From an uncultured Verrucomicrobiae bacterium (lineage in GTDB: Bacteria > Verrucomicrobiota > Verrucomicrobiia > Chthoniobacterales > UBA10450), in assembly GCA_963801815.1 (NCBI GenBank), contig CAWDGJ010000003.1, positions 672,001-736,000 of the forward strand: a DNA stretch of 64,000 nucleotides. The letters run 5' to 3'. Below are positions 40,562 to 50,395 of the stretch, in pieces; position 1 is the first letter of the stretch, and each line of letters begins with the position of its first letter. Both the position numbers and the translations under genes were made by a program. A model generated the notes under the pieces. It saw only the letters and a list, made by a program, of their open reading frames with translations. It was not told the DNA's origin and searched no databases.

Positions 40562-41750
40562 CTACGGACTCGCCGATGTCGATGGGGCGGGGGACTGCGC
40601 CGGCGGCGTCCATTCTTTCACCGTCACGGTCGAACCTTCGCGCGCTTTTTGCAGGCCTTGCACAACGACTCTGTCTCCAGGCTTCAAGCCGTCGGTGACT
40701 TGCCACATCGCGCCAATGCGTTCGCCCATTTTTACCGGACGAATGCTGACCTTGTTGTTCTGATCGACTACTGCGACTTGGAAATTGCCCTGCAATTCAG
40801 TCACCGCCTCCTGCGGAACAACGAGCGCGTTTTTCACCGCGTCCGGGACGAATCGCACTTTCCCAAATTGTCCCGGCCGCAAAATGGCGTCTGGATTTGG
40901 AAAGGTCACGTAGTAGCGGATCGACCCTGTTTTTGGGTCGAGGTTTCGATCCAGCGCGTAAAACTTTCCTTTTCGCGGATAGAGATTGCCATTGCCGAGA
41001 ATCAACTCGAAGTCGATGCTTTTGAGGAGAGCCTGGCGTTTCTCCGAGATCCGGGTAGCGCGCAAAGAAATCCGTGAACGCAGCTTCGCCCACCGTTACG
41101 ATGGCTTTGATCGGATCGATCTGCGACACCGTCGTGAGCGGAGTCGTTGTTGCCGGCCCAACAAGATCGCCCACCTGGCTATTGGCGAACCCGGCCAGCC
41201 CATTGATCGGTGCCGTAATTTTGGTGTAGCCAAGATTGAGTTCGGCGGTTTCCACGGCGGCTTCGTCGGCTTCAACATTCGCTTTGCTCGAATCCGCCGC
41301 CGCGATCGCAGTATCGCGCTCCGAGTCGCTGATGACCTTTTTTTTGAACAAGTCGCGTGCGCGCTTTTCATCCGCGTCGGCTTTGGCCTGATTCGCCTGG
41401 TCTTTCGCCAAAGTGCCTTTCGCCTGCGCCAGTGCAGCCTCGAACGGACGCGGATCGATTTGGAAAAGCAGGTCGCCCTTCTTTACCAGGCTGCCTTCCT
41501 GATAATCGCGCGAGATGATGTAGCCCTGCACCTGCGCGTTGATGTTGGCGTTGATGAAACCGTCGAGCGTGGCCACGCGTTCCAGGATGCGCGGCACATC
41601 CCGCGGCTGCACCGTTGTAACCAGAACTTCCGGCGCAGCCGGTGCGGCCGGCGCCGCTTTGCGCGAGCAACTTGATACAAACAGTCCCAAAATGAACAGC
41701 GCGAAAGCGGCTGTGCCCCCGATCATTAACCGCCAATCGTTCTTCATCAC
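40562..41750 (-). CDS. RND membrane fusion (periplasmic adaptor) subunit; frameshift near 41050
   Basis: Lipobox-like SSC, VKKGDLLFQIDP, YTKITAP, LRPGQF. Confidence 0.88.
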
Positions 41751-42166
41751 TACGGACTTGCCGCCTTTCTCGAGATGGAGTTCAGCACCGTGCTCATCTT
41801 ATCGATAATGCTGTCTTGGTTGGTTAGGCCGTGTCTTTGTGCAATCCAGCCCGGCTGATTGTAAGAAATCCATGTCTCGTTGGCTCCGTCTTGCCACACC
41901 AGTACCTTCAAAGGCAAATCGATTCCCACGGTCTGAACCGATTGCATTAAAGGTGTCCCGCCGCGCGCATTACCGAAAATGATGAGCTCGGTGGGCCGTA
42001 GTGTCAGTCCTACTTTCGCGGCGCCAGCCGCGTGATCGATCCGGGCAAAAACGTCCAGTCCATTCGCGCGGATTTGGGTTTCCAATCGATCGATTGTTTC
42101 CTTCGAAGTGAAGTGGCTCGCAATTGTAGTGAGTCCTCCCGTGTTGCCTAAGGAGTTTGCGGTCAT
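41750..42166 (-). CDS. DUF302 domain protein
   Basis: FARIDHAAGA, FGN..GGT, GIDLPLK.LVW. Confidence 0.9.
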   Translation of the reverse strand: MTANSLGNTGGLTTIASHFTSKETIDRLETQIRANGLDVFARIDHAAGAAKVGLTLRPTELIIFGNARGGTPLMQSVQTVGIDLPLKVLVWQDGANETWISYNQPGWIAQRHGLTNQDSIIDKMSTVLNSISRKAASP

Positions 42167-42179
42167 CAGGTGTTCACTC

Positions 42180-43016
42180 TCAGCTCTTGAAGAACGCGAG
42201 CAGATCGGCGTTGATGACGTCGGCTTGCGTCGTGATCATGCCGTGCGGGTAATCCTTGTAGGTCTTCAGCGTGCCTTTCTTGAGCAGCTTGGCGGAGAGT
42301 GGACCAGCGGCCTGATAGGGCACGATCTGATCGTCCTCGCTATGCATGACCAGGACCGGCACGTTGATCTTTTTCAGATCTTCGGTGAAGTCAGTTTGCG
42401 AGAACGCGACGATGCCGTCGTAATGCGCCTTAGCGCCACCCATCATGCCCTGACGCCACCAATTCCAAACAAGAGGCTCGATCGTTTTCACGCCCGGACG
42501 ATTGAATCCGTAGAACGGGCCGGCCGGCAGGTCGTAATAGAACTTGGGCCGATTGGCGGCGAGCTGCGCTTGAAGATCGTCGAACACCGATTTCGGTGCA
42601 CCTAACGGATTGGCCGGAGTCTTTACCATCAGCGGCGGCACGGCACTGATGATCGCCGCCTTCGCCACATTTTTGTCGCCGTGACGGGCGAGATAATGCA
42701 CCACCTGGCCGCCACCGGTTGAATGCCCGACGTGAATCGCATCCTTCAAGTTGAGATGATCGGTGACGGCCTTCAGATCGTCGGCGTAGTGGTCCATGTC
42801 ATGCCCGTCGCCGGTTTGAGTCGAGCGACCATGTCCGCGGCGATCAGTCGCAATGACGCGATAACCTTTGCTGAGGAAAAAAAGCATCTGAGCGTCCCAA
42901 TCATCCGCTGAGAGCGGCCAACCGTGACTGAAGACAATCGGTTGCCCGCTGCCCCAGTCTTTATAATAGATGTCGATGTTCTGTCCGTTCTCTTTTCCGG
43001 CATTGATGTATGGCAT
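42180..43016 (-). CDS. cpo: Non-heme chloroperoxidase / perhydrolase (alpha/beta hydrolase)
   Basis: YYKDWGSGQPIVFSHGWPLSADDW, GHSTGG, DDQIVP, PHG. Confidence 0.9.
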   Translation of the reverse strand: MPYINAGKENGQNIDIYYKDWGSGQPIVFSHGWPLSADDWDAQMLFFLSKGYRVIATDRRGHGRSTQTGDGHDMDHYADDLKAVTDHLNLKDAIHVGHSTGGGQVVHYLARHGDKNVAKAAIISAVPPLMVKTPANPLGAPKSVFDDLQAQLAANRPKFYYDLPAGPFYGFNRPGVKTIEPLVWNWWRQGMMGGAKAHYDGIVAFSQTDFTEDLKKINVPVLVMHSEDDQIVPYQAAGPLSAKLLKKGTLKTYKDYPHGMITTQADVINADLLAFFKS

Positions 43017-43104
43017 AGTAACTCCTAGTGTGCGTTCAAGTTCGGTTAGCTTGGGCGATTACATAATTCATCAGGGATCCGTCATGTTACGTTTGTGTGA
43101 ACAG

Positions 43105-44117
43105 TTAGCCGTCCATGGTCAGGACTACACGGAATCGCGCCTTGCCGCTGTGCATTTGTTCGTAGGCTTCCGCGACTCGATTCAGCGGGATATTTTTCGA
43201 TCATCGGATGGATGTCGTTAAACGCGCTGAATTCCAATGTGTCTTGTGAATCGCGCGCCGTCCCGGAATACCAACCGGATACCGACCGCCTTCCGGCGAT
43301 CATTGACATCATACTAATGCTGAGTGGTTCATTGGGAGCGGCCGGGACTAGCAAGTTACCGTTCGGTGACAAACCATCGACAACTGATGAAATTGCCTTT
43401 GCGCTTGGCGCCGTAGCCAGAATCACTCGTGCGCCGCCAAGCTTCTGTAATTCCTTAACCGGATCGGCAACGTCTGAATCGATGTAGCGATGCGCGCCGA
43501 GTTTTTTCGCGAGCGCCTCTTTGTCTTTGCCACGGCCTAGCGCCAGGGTGTGAAATCCCATTTGTCTCGCGTACTGCACGCCAAGGTGTCCCAGGCCGCC
43601 GATTCCCTGCACACCGACCACGTCGCCCGCGCGTGCTCCCGAATTCCGCAAGGCGTTGAACACCGTGACACCTGCGCACATGAATGGTCCCGCTTCTTCG
43701 GCGGGGAGATCCTCCGGAATCACCGCGAGCGCCTCCGCTGGCGCGATCATGTATTCAGCATAACCGCCATCGAAATCAATGCCGGTAACTTTGCGATTAA
43801 CGCACATGGCGAAATCGCCGCGCCGGCATTGTTCGCAAACGAAATCGTGTCCGCCATGCCAGCCTACGCCGACGCGTTGACCTTTGTTCCAGTTTGTAAC
43901 GCTACTGCCGACTCGCGTCGATTCGTCCCGCGATTTCATGACCGGGAACTCGCGGATATTGCAACCCGGGCCAGAGGCCTTCCTTCACTAACGCGTCGCT
44001 GTGGCAAATGCCGCACGCCTCAACCTTCACGCGGACCTGTCCCGGGCCTGGCTCCGGAACATCGCGCTCGATCAGTTCAAAATCTCCGCCGGGTCTGCTG
44101 ATTTGTGCCGCTTTCAT
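43105..44117 (-). CDS. Zinc-dependent alcohol dehydrogenase; frameshifts near 43915 and 43185
   Basis: CGICHSD, GHE, CAGVT, GIGGLGH. Confidence 0.88.
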
Positions 44118-44155
44118 TTATTAGACGCAGCATCTCCGCTGCGATTTTAGCGGAA

Positions 44156-44692
44156 TCAGTTTCGTCGGCGGGTCGCTTCGAACAAAAACCAAGTCCGCCG
44201 TTCGGTCTCGTCGATCCAGACTTCGATCAAGCTTGCGGTCGCGACGTCGCGATGTTTGTCGCAAACATTGTGGGCCTGGCGGAGTCGCGCGGCCATCGTC
44301 TTGTTGTCGTCGGCCAACTCGGCCAGCATGTCGAGCGGCTCGACATATTCGGCGTCATTGTCGAGAACGCGCTGGGTGCGCGCGATCTGCCCGATCGATC
44401 TCAGAGTTAGTCCACCAATCTTGCGGACCCGCTCTGCGACCGGGTCGGTCATGGCGAAAAGTTGATCGGCGTGTTCGTCGAGAAGCAGATGGTAGTCGCG
44501 AAAATGCGGGCCGCTCATATGCCAGTGGAAGTTCTTCGTCTTCACATAAAGCGCGAATACGTCAGCGAGAATCAGGTTCAGGGCCGCCGAGACATCTCGC
44601 GTCGCAGCGGATTTGAGGTCGGTGCGTGTTTCCAATGGAGCGTCGCGCCTGCGAAGAAGTTCAGATTTCTTAGTTGAGTTGGTTTTATTCAT
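44156..44692 (-). CDS. dps: DNA starvation/stationary phase protection protein Dps
   Basis: KTKNFHWHMSGPHFRDYHLLLDE, AERVR. Confidence 0.93.
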   Translation of the reverse strand: MNKTNSTKKSELLRRRDAPLETRTDLKSAATRDVSAALNLILADVFALYVKTKNFHWHMSGPHFRDYHLLLDEHADQLFAMTDPVAERVRKIGGLTLRSIGQIARTQRVLDNDAEYVEPLDMLAELADDNKTMAARLRQAHNVCDKHRDVATASLIEVWIDETERRTWFLFEATRRRN

Positions 44693-44747
44693 AAGGTGCT
44701 CTCTTCATTATAGTTCGCAGCCAACTTCATCCACGGTCTTGGGGATT

Positions 44748-45173
44748 TCAATCCGGCTGGTTGCGATCGTAGGGGATAATATCGTCCCATTCGGCAGCTG
44801 AAGAGCGGGCGACAAACGCGACGACGGGCTGGGTCTTACTCATGTTGAAGACTTCGTGCGGCACCCCCGGCTTGATGTAAATGAAATCGCCGGCTTCGTT
44901 CTCAATCGACTGCTTCAGGCCGGTCCCAAATTCGTGGCGAACTTTGCCTTCGATGATGTAAAGGATCACTTCGAAATCGACGTGGATGTGTGCGTAGGCC
45001 ACGCCGCCCGGCGGGATGGTCGCGATGTTGGCCGACAATTTTTTCGTGCCGACGTTTTTCGACGACATGCCTTGCTTGTAATGAATGCCGTTCCAATCCC
45101 GGCGCGCGCCGCCGCCGCGGATCGTCAGGATTCCGTTATGATCTTCAACTGCACTGAGTTCGATATCGCTCAT
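44748..45173 (-). CDS. Cupin domain protein
   Basis: IPPGGVAYAHIH..FE, GDFIYI.PGVPH. Confidence 0.85.
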   Translation of the reverse strand: MSDIELSAVEDHNGILTIRGGGARRDWNGIHYKQGMSSKNVGTKKLSANIATIPPGGVAYAHIHVDFEVILYIIEGKVRHEFGTGLKQSIENEAGDFIYIKPGVPHEVFNMSKTQPVVAFVARSSAAEWDDIIPYDRNQPD

Positions 45174-45255
45174 AAGAATATTGAGGAGTTAAGGTCCGAG
45201 CCGGACTGGCATTATTGAGAAGTTGAGTCGTTGAGGGCGTTAAACTGCTAAATCG

Positions 45256-46362
45256 TTAGGCCGTTACTACGGCTTTTCGTTTTGCAAAAATTCTGTTCAC
45301 AAAGCTGTTCGTTCCTTTCTCTAAAAACATTCCCCAGGCGCTCAGAATTGCCAGGGTGATTAAAAAAATCAAAAGGAAGGTCACGGCCGGTTGGGGGCGA
45401 ATGTGAAGGCCGAGCCAGATGACGTAAGGTTGATGAATGAGGTAAAGACCATACGAGTAGACGCCGACCAGACTGAAAATTTTCTCGAACCTCGTCGTGC
45501 GCGAAATGATTCCGGCCAGTCCAATGATTGCCAAAAAGCAACAAGTGCCGGTGCCGAAGTCGCAAAAGACATAAGCGATGCCGTTGTCGTAGAGCTTCAA
45601 CGCCAATGGATACAAAATCACGCCGGCAGCGAGTCCCGCGCCCCGCAAAAGAAACCATTCCGCGCGCTCAGTCGATTTCGAGTGCCACATTCCCAGCGCC
45701 ATCCCCAACGCAAATTCGGGCAGCCGGCAGATGGCCAATCCGCCGAGCACCCACAAACCATTTTGCGGCCAAACGACGAGCATCAGGTAGCGAACAAAAA
45801 ATCCGAGCGCACAGGCCGCGATCAAAAAAGTCCACCCGCCAAGTTTTCGTGCAGCCCAGAAGAGCAGGGGAAAGATCAAATAGAATTGGATGAGCATCGA
45901 AAAATACCACCAGGCAGCGTTGAGATACATGAAGTTCATCTCGATGTTGATGAAGCGGAGCCCGAGCAGGCTGAGAACGAGCCGGTGGTCAACGGGTTCG
46001 AGTTTCGCGACAAACGGCGAAACGAAATAAACGATGTGGGCGACCCAGTACATCGGATAAAGCCGGAGAAATCGGGCGCGATACCAACCGCTCCAGCGTA
46101 GCTCGCCGAGCTGCACGTGACGCATGGTCGATTCCATCAAGGTCCAGCCGCTGAGAATAATGAATGCACCGACTGCGTGAAAACCGAGCCCGGAGATTTC
46201 CCACCAGGCGTCGCGAAGGAATGAGGTCGTTGCCGTGACGATGCTGCTCCAATCCGCCGCCGGAGGTTCGTAATATTCGAAGACGGTGCGGAAAAAATGA
46301 AAATAGACGACGAAGGAAATTGCCAGGCCTTTGGCAATGTCGATCCAGAGCAGCCGTTTCAT
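45256..46362 (-). CDS. Acyltransferase family 3
   Basis: DIAKG, FIILSG, RFLRLYP, SYGLYLIH. Confidence 0.88.
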   Translation of the reverse strand: MKRLLWIDIAKGLAISFVVYFHFFRTVFEYYEPPAADWSSIVTATTSFLRDAWWEISGLGFHAVGAFIILSGWTLMESTMRHVQLGELRWSGWYRARFLRLYPMYWVAHIVYFVSPFVAKLEPVDHRLVLSLLGLRFINIEMNFMYLNAAWWYFSMLIQFYLIFPLLFWAARKLGGWTFLIAACALGFFVRYLMLVVWPQNGLWVLGGLAICRLPEFALGMALGMWHSKSTERAEWFLLRGAGLAAGVILYPLALKLYDNGIAYVFCDFGTGTCCFLAIIGLAGIISRTTRFEKIFSLVGVYSYGLYLIHQPYVIWLGLHIRPQPAVTFLLIFLITLAILSAWGMFLEKGTNSFVNRIFAKRKAVVTA

Positions 46363-46470
46363 TTATTGCTGGAAAGCAAAGCAGGAATTCGAGAAGGAAG
46401 ATAGAACTTAACCGCGCCTGCCGGACCTCAGTTGCGCGGCGCGGGTAAGTTTGTGTAGGCTCGTCACGAA

Positions 46471-47610
46471 ATGAAGACTCATAGTTCGTCGAAACCGACA
46501 GGCGGTTTTGCAGCGTTTTGTCGTGCTGAATATCCGCTTTTCATCGGACTGACGATTGCTGGGATTTTCCTGGGGCTGGGGAATCAGGTTTTGGAGAACG
46601 TGGAGCACCCGGCGGCGCTCACGTTGGTTTTGGTAGTCTTGCTCGGCGCTGTTCTCTGGCTGGCGATCTCAGCGGTGCATCATGCGGATTGCCTAGCGGT
46701 GAGATGTGGCGAGCCGTATGGCACGCTAATTCTGACCATCTCGGTGATCACCATCGAAGTCATGATGATCTCGGCCGCGATGCTTCACGGCGCAAACAAT
46801 CCCACTCTGGCCCGCGATACAATTTTCGCAGTCGTGATGATCTCGTTGAATGGGCTGGTGGGATTTTCGTTACTTCTCGGTGGATTGCGTCATCGCGAAC
46901 AGATTTACAATCTGCAGGGGGCCGGCGCCTACTTGAATACGATCATGGCGCTGGTGGTGCTTGGACTGGTACTTCCCAACTTCACTACGTCACTTTCCGC
47001 GCCGCGCTTTACCAAGGTCCAGGAGATATTTCTAATCGCTGTGACGGTCCTGCTCTACGCCATCTTTCTTTTCATTCAAACGCGGCGACATCGTGGATAT
47101 TTCAAAGACGCCAACGACGAACCAGGATCTGATGACCACCATTCACCAAAGAATTTGCGCTCTGGCGGTTTTCACGCGGCCATGCTGGTGCTCTATCTCG
47201 TTGTTGTTATCGTGCTGGCGGAAAAGTTTGCCATTCCTCTCGACAATTGCATTGAACGCTTTGGTATTCCGCAGGCGTTCGGCGGGGCAATTATTGCGGC
47301 ACTGGTTTTCACGCCGGAGGCCCTGGCGGCGATTAGGGCGGCAACGCAAAATCGTTTGCAACGCTCGGTGAACGTCCTCCACGGTTCGGTCCTCGCGTCC
47401 ATTGGCCTGACGATTCCGTCAGTGTTGATTATCGGCCTGATAACGAATCGACCGATCGTACTCGGGGTCCAGGGCGGAAATCTCCCATTGCTTGTTCTTA
47501 CCCTGGCCACGAGCATCGTTACATTTGGAAGCGGCAAGACGAATATTCTTCAAGGGTGCGTTCATCTCGTATTGTTCGCCGTTTTCCTAATGCTGATTTT
47601 CTATCCCTGA
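46471..47610 (+). CDS. Ca2+/H+ antiporter (ChaA-like)
   Basis: GEPYGTLILT, ARDT.F, LQRSVN, T.ILQG.VHL. Confidence 0.9.
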   Translation: MKTHSSSKPTGGFAAFCRAEYPLFIGLTIAGIFLGLGNQVLENVEHPAALTLVLVVLLGAVLWLAISAVHHADCLAVRCGEPYGTLILTISVITIEVMMISAAMLHGANNPTLARDTIFAVVMISLNGLVGFSLLLGGLRHREQIYNLQGAGAYLNTIMALVVLGLVLPNFTTSLSAPRFTKVQEIFLIAVTVLLYAIFLFIQTRRHRGYFKDANDEPGSDDHHSPKNLRSGGFHAAMLVLYLVVVIVLAEKFAIPLDNCIERFGIPQAFGGAIIAALVFTPEALAAIRAATQNRLQRSVNVLHGSVLASIGLTIPSVLIIGLITNRPIVLGVQGGNLPLLVLTLATSIVTFGSGKTNILQGCVHLVLFAVFLMLIFYP

Positions 47611-48519
47611 CGCGACGCGTCGCTTTTCCAGGACGACCAGGAGGATTCCGCCCAACACCGCGACGGACGCGATGACGTATTGCAAGGTGATTGGTTCGCG
47701 AAGCAAAAGAATCCCACCGGTAGCGGCGAGCACCGGCACGCTCAGTTGAACTGTGGCCGCGCTGACTGCTTTTAGGCCGGGCAAGGCAGAATACCAGATT
47801 ACGTAACCGAGCCCGGAGGTGATCGCGCCCGAAATCACGGCGTAAGTCGCGCCTAACGAATCGAAACGCATTTGTTGCAACGCGGTGATGCTGATTAAGG
47901 CTGCTAATGGAACTGCGCGCACGAAGTTTCCAGTTGTCGACCCAATCGCTTCAGCCGCGGCTTTGCCGCGCAAGGAATAAATCCCCCAAGCTACTCCGGC
48001 CGCCAGCATGAGAATCGAGGCGATTAATGGGGGCGCGGAAATTCCGGGAAAGACAAGCACCACCAACCCACTCACCGCAACGATCAGACCGGTGATTTGA
48101 ATCGGATCCAGTCGTTCGCCCTTGCGAAATCCCCAGAGAATCATCGTTCCCTGGACTGCGCCAAAGAGAAGCAACGCGCCGGTTCCAGCGGAGAGGTGGA
48201 CGTAGGCAAATGAGAATCCAGCGGCGTAGATGACGAGAGCGATGGCGGAAGGCCAATCGCCACTGACGAGTGACCAGTGACGGGCGATGGACGAAGTTGA
48301 TAGTTGATTGAACGGCTCTGCCTTTAGTTGAGAGTTTTGTGAGACCGTCTTTCGAGCTCGAAGAATTAACCAAAGCATTGCTGCGCCGGAAAAAATACGA
48401 ATGAATGTGAAACTCGCGGGATCGATCGTGGTTTGCTTGAGGGCGGCGCGACAAAGCAGCGAGTTGCTGGCGAACGCGACCATCGCGAGCAGAGTGAGAA
48501 CGAAAACGCGCGCCTTCAT
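47587..48519 (-). CDS. DMT/EamA transporter with a repeat-derived loop insertion
   Basis: FASNSLLCRAAL, GALLLFGAVQ, SGLGYVIWY, QLSVPV. Confidence 0.9.
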   Translation of the reverse strand: MKARVFVLTLLAMVAFASNSLLCRAALKQTTIDPASFTFIRIFSGAAMLWLILRARKTVSQNSQLKAEPFNQLSTSSIARHWSLVSGDWPSAIALVIYAAGFSFAYVHLSAGTGALLLFGAVQGTMILWGFRKGERLDPIQITGLIVAVSGLVVLVFPGISAPPLIASILMLAAGVAWGIYSLRGKAAAEAIGSTTGNFVRAVPLAALISITALQQMRFDSLGATYAVISGAITSGLGYVIWYSALPGLKAVSAATVQLSVPVLAATGGILLLREPITLQYVIASVAVLGGILLVVLEKRRVASGIENQH

Positions 48520-48549
48520 GAGTCAGAGGCCAGACGTCAGGGTTCGCAA

Positions 48550-48873
48550 TCAATAATCAATTGGCTCGAAACCGGCAAACATCTCCTCCGCCTCGGCGAG
48601 TGATTTGAGGGGAACACAATCGCAGGCCGCAAAAAACTTATTCCACATGGCAAGAACGTTTGGATTCTTGTGCGCAGCGTCGATCGCTTCCTGCGATTTC
48701 CATTCGGACACTTCGATGATCGTGCCGTCACGCGCCCGCATAATTGTGGGCGCACGTTCGGTTGCGAGACCTTCCTTGCGCAGGGTCGGAACGCGATTGA
48801 GGACGAGCTCCAGCAATTCCTTCTCTTTACCCTGCTTCGGACGATATCCGACGATTACAATGATGCCGGGCAT
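48550..48873 (-). CDS. Hypothetical protein (dimeric alpha-beta barrel / ABM-like)
   Basis: YRPKQGKE, EVSEWKS..AIDAAH.NP. Confidence 0.7.
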   Translation of the reverse strand: MPGIIVIVGYRPKQGKEKELLELVLNRVPTLRKEGLATERAPTIMRARDGTIIEVSEWKSQEAIDAAHKNPNVLAMWNKFFAACDCVPLKSLAEAEEMFAGFEPIDY

Positions 48874-48880
48874 AAGAGCA

Positions 48881-49621
48881 CTACTTCGCTGGCGAGATCA
48901 AATAGATGATGTGAACGCTTTGGGTCACTTTTATTGGCGCCACCTGATATTGGGGTGCTGATTCTGCCAGGGTGGCCCCAGCAGAGCGCACACCAAGCCT
49001 GGTTATGTTCTCCTCGCTGAACATTCGATTTTCTATTTCAAGAAATCCAACAGGCGAAACCGCGAACACTGAGTCGATTTTCATGCCCATTGGCTTCAGC
49101 GTCTTGTCAGCGCGTTCTCGAGCGTTCGTCAATGCCTTCTCCCAAATTTCGTTTTCGACCTCTTTCTGCTTTTGGAGCCCGCCTTCGATTCCAGAAAATT
49201 CCGTTCCGCCGAGATTCACCAGGTCGTCGACTAGCTTGGCGTAGCCAGTTACGGCTCGAACCTTAACTTCGAATGGGCGTGTCACTATGTACCCAATTAG
49301 TTTGCCGTGACTACGAGAGTAGTTTTCCTGCTGTTCGAATTCCGGTTCTGATCTCAGATCTTCTGCAATAATGTCGATATCAGCGATCTTGGCATTCTTT
49401 AGTAAATCAAAAATCTTGTTCGCTTTAGTTTGAACGTCCTGGTTCGCCTTTGACTGATCCGGTGCACGTCCGACGACGTCGAAGCGGAGGGTCACCATGT
49501 CGGCAGCCTTTTGAATCTCGGCCGTACCTTCGACGTAAATGTAAGGTTTGTCGGGCAGGCCGCCTTCGGCGAAGAGCGAGATCGGAAGAATCAGCAGGGA
49601 GAAGAAAAGAAGACGTTTCAT
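48881..49621 (-). CDS. SIMPL/DUF541 domain protein
   Basis: Signal peptide; IYVEGTAE...AD, AL.NARERA. Confidence 0.85.
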   Translation of the reverse strand: MKRLLFFSLLILPISLFAEGGLPDKPYIYVEGTAEIQKAADMVTLRFDVVGRAPDQSKANQDVQTKANKIFDLLKNAKIADIDIIAEDLRSEPEFEQQENYSRSHGKLIGYIVTRPFEVKVRAVTGYAKLVDDLVNLGGTEFSGIEGGLQKQKEVENEIWEKALTNARERADKTLKPMGMKIDSVFAVSPVGFLEIENRMFSEENITRLGVRSAGATLAESAPQYQVAPIKVTQSVHIIYLISPAK

Positions 49622-49737
49622 AACATCGTCAGGCTACTCAAAACGAGTCGGTGAGGGAATTCAGAAAACACCGAACTCCGTCACCACGTGAGATTCTTGT
49701 GGTCACGGCCCCAAGGGCCGTGGACGTCCCACAATTT

Positions 49738-49826
49738 GGTGGATCGGCCGCTCCGCGGGCGATGATAATTCTGACTCGGCTTCGCCGACATTATTTTAAC
49801 ATCGAGCGCGGAGCGCTCGATCCACC
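49738..49826. repeat. Inverted REP doublet (REPIN-like) with GTGG feet, adjacent to RAYT
   Basis: ggtggatcggccgctccgcgggcgatg...catcgagcgcggagcgctcgatccacc. Confidence 0.85.
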
Positions 49827-49834
49827 TACGCGAG

Positions 49835-50287
49835 TCATTCAAGCACCCACGGCCAGTCCTCAATCTTAGTGCATAGACCTGCAGCAAACGGATTAGCACG
49901 AATATAGTCGATTTTCATCGATAACTGCTCTCCCCGTTCGTCATCGCGCAAGCGATGATCGAAATATCCTTCCTGCCATTGCACTCCGTTTTTATGTGCG
50001 TGAAAATGCTTCCAATCGCCGATCACGCGGCTCAGGTCTCGATCCTTGCTGAATGACAAGAGCGCGTGGAGGTGATCTGGCATTAAAAGGAATAGCGTGA
50101 TAAACCACCGCTCCTTCTGATGGTAAAATATCGCTGATTCGAGAATCGATCTTCCGAGCGTCGGTTCAGTTAGCGGTTCTTGGTCAAGGATTCGATCAAG
50201 CGCGATCCGAATGTGAAACAATGCCCCATCTTCTACCCAGCTGGGCACTTCATGATATAGCTTGGAGGGAAACCCGCGATACAGCAC
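49835..50287 (-). mobile_element. rayT: REP-associated tyrosine transposase (RAYT/TnpA-REP, Y1 HUH)
   Basis: LMPDHLH, WQEGYFDHRLR, YIRANP; flanked by REP-like sequences. Confidence 0.85.
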
Positions 50288-50395
50288 GGTGACTCAGTCT
50301 GAACTGGCAATTTCCCGGCGGCAAGGTGGATCGCCGACGGAGCGACGAGATCAAGGCGATTTTACGGGAGCGTTGGCGGTGATAGGTTGCAGTCA

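Noticed and set aside
1..43016. Halogenation biosynthetic cluster linking the vanadium haloperoxidase and cpo
   Set aside because: The genes are about 41 kb apart with no biosynthetic genes between them, and Cpo-type enzymes are general perhydrolases/esterases.
37392..44117. Many frameshifts in RND, MFP and ADH (also POT, cyclase, S9 peptidase, DUF5069) as programmed frameshifting or mass pseudogenisation
   Set aside because: They are scattered small indels, I saw no accompanying nonsense decay, and the fragments remain well conserved. Long-read assembly error is the simplest explanation; raw reads would decide.
50287..50306. 12-nt match (cggtgactcagt) between the RAYT 5' flank and the palindromic element at 8075-8165
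   Set aside because: Too short to link that element to this RAYT; it could be chance.
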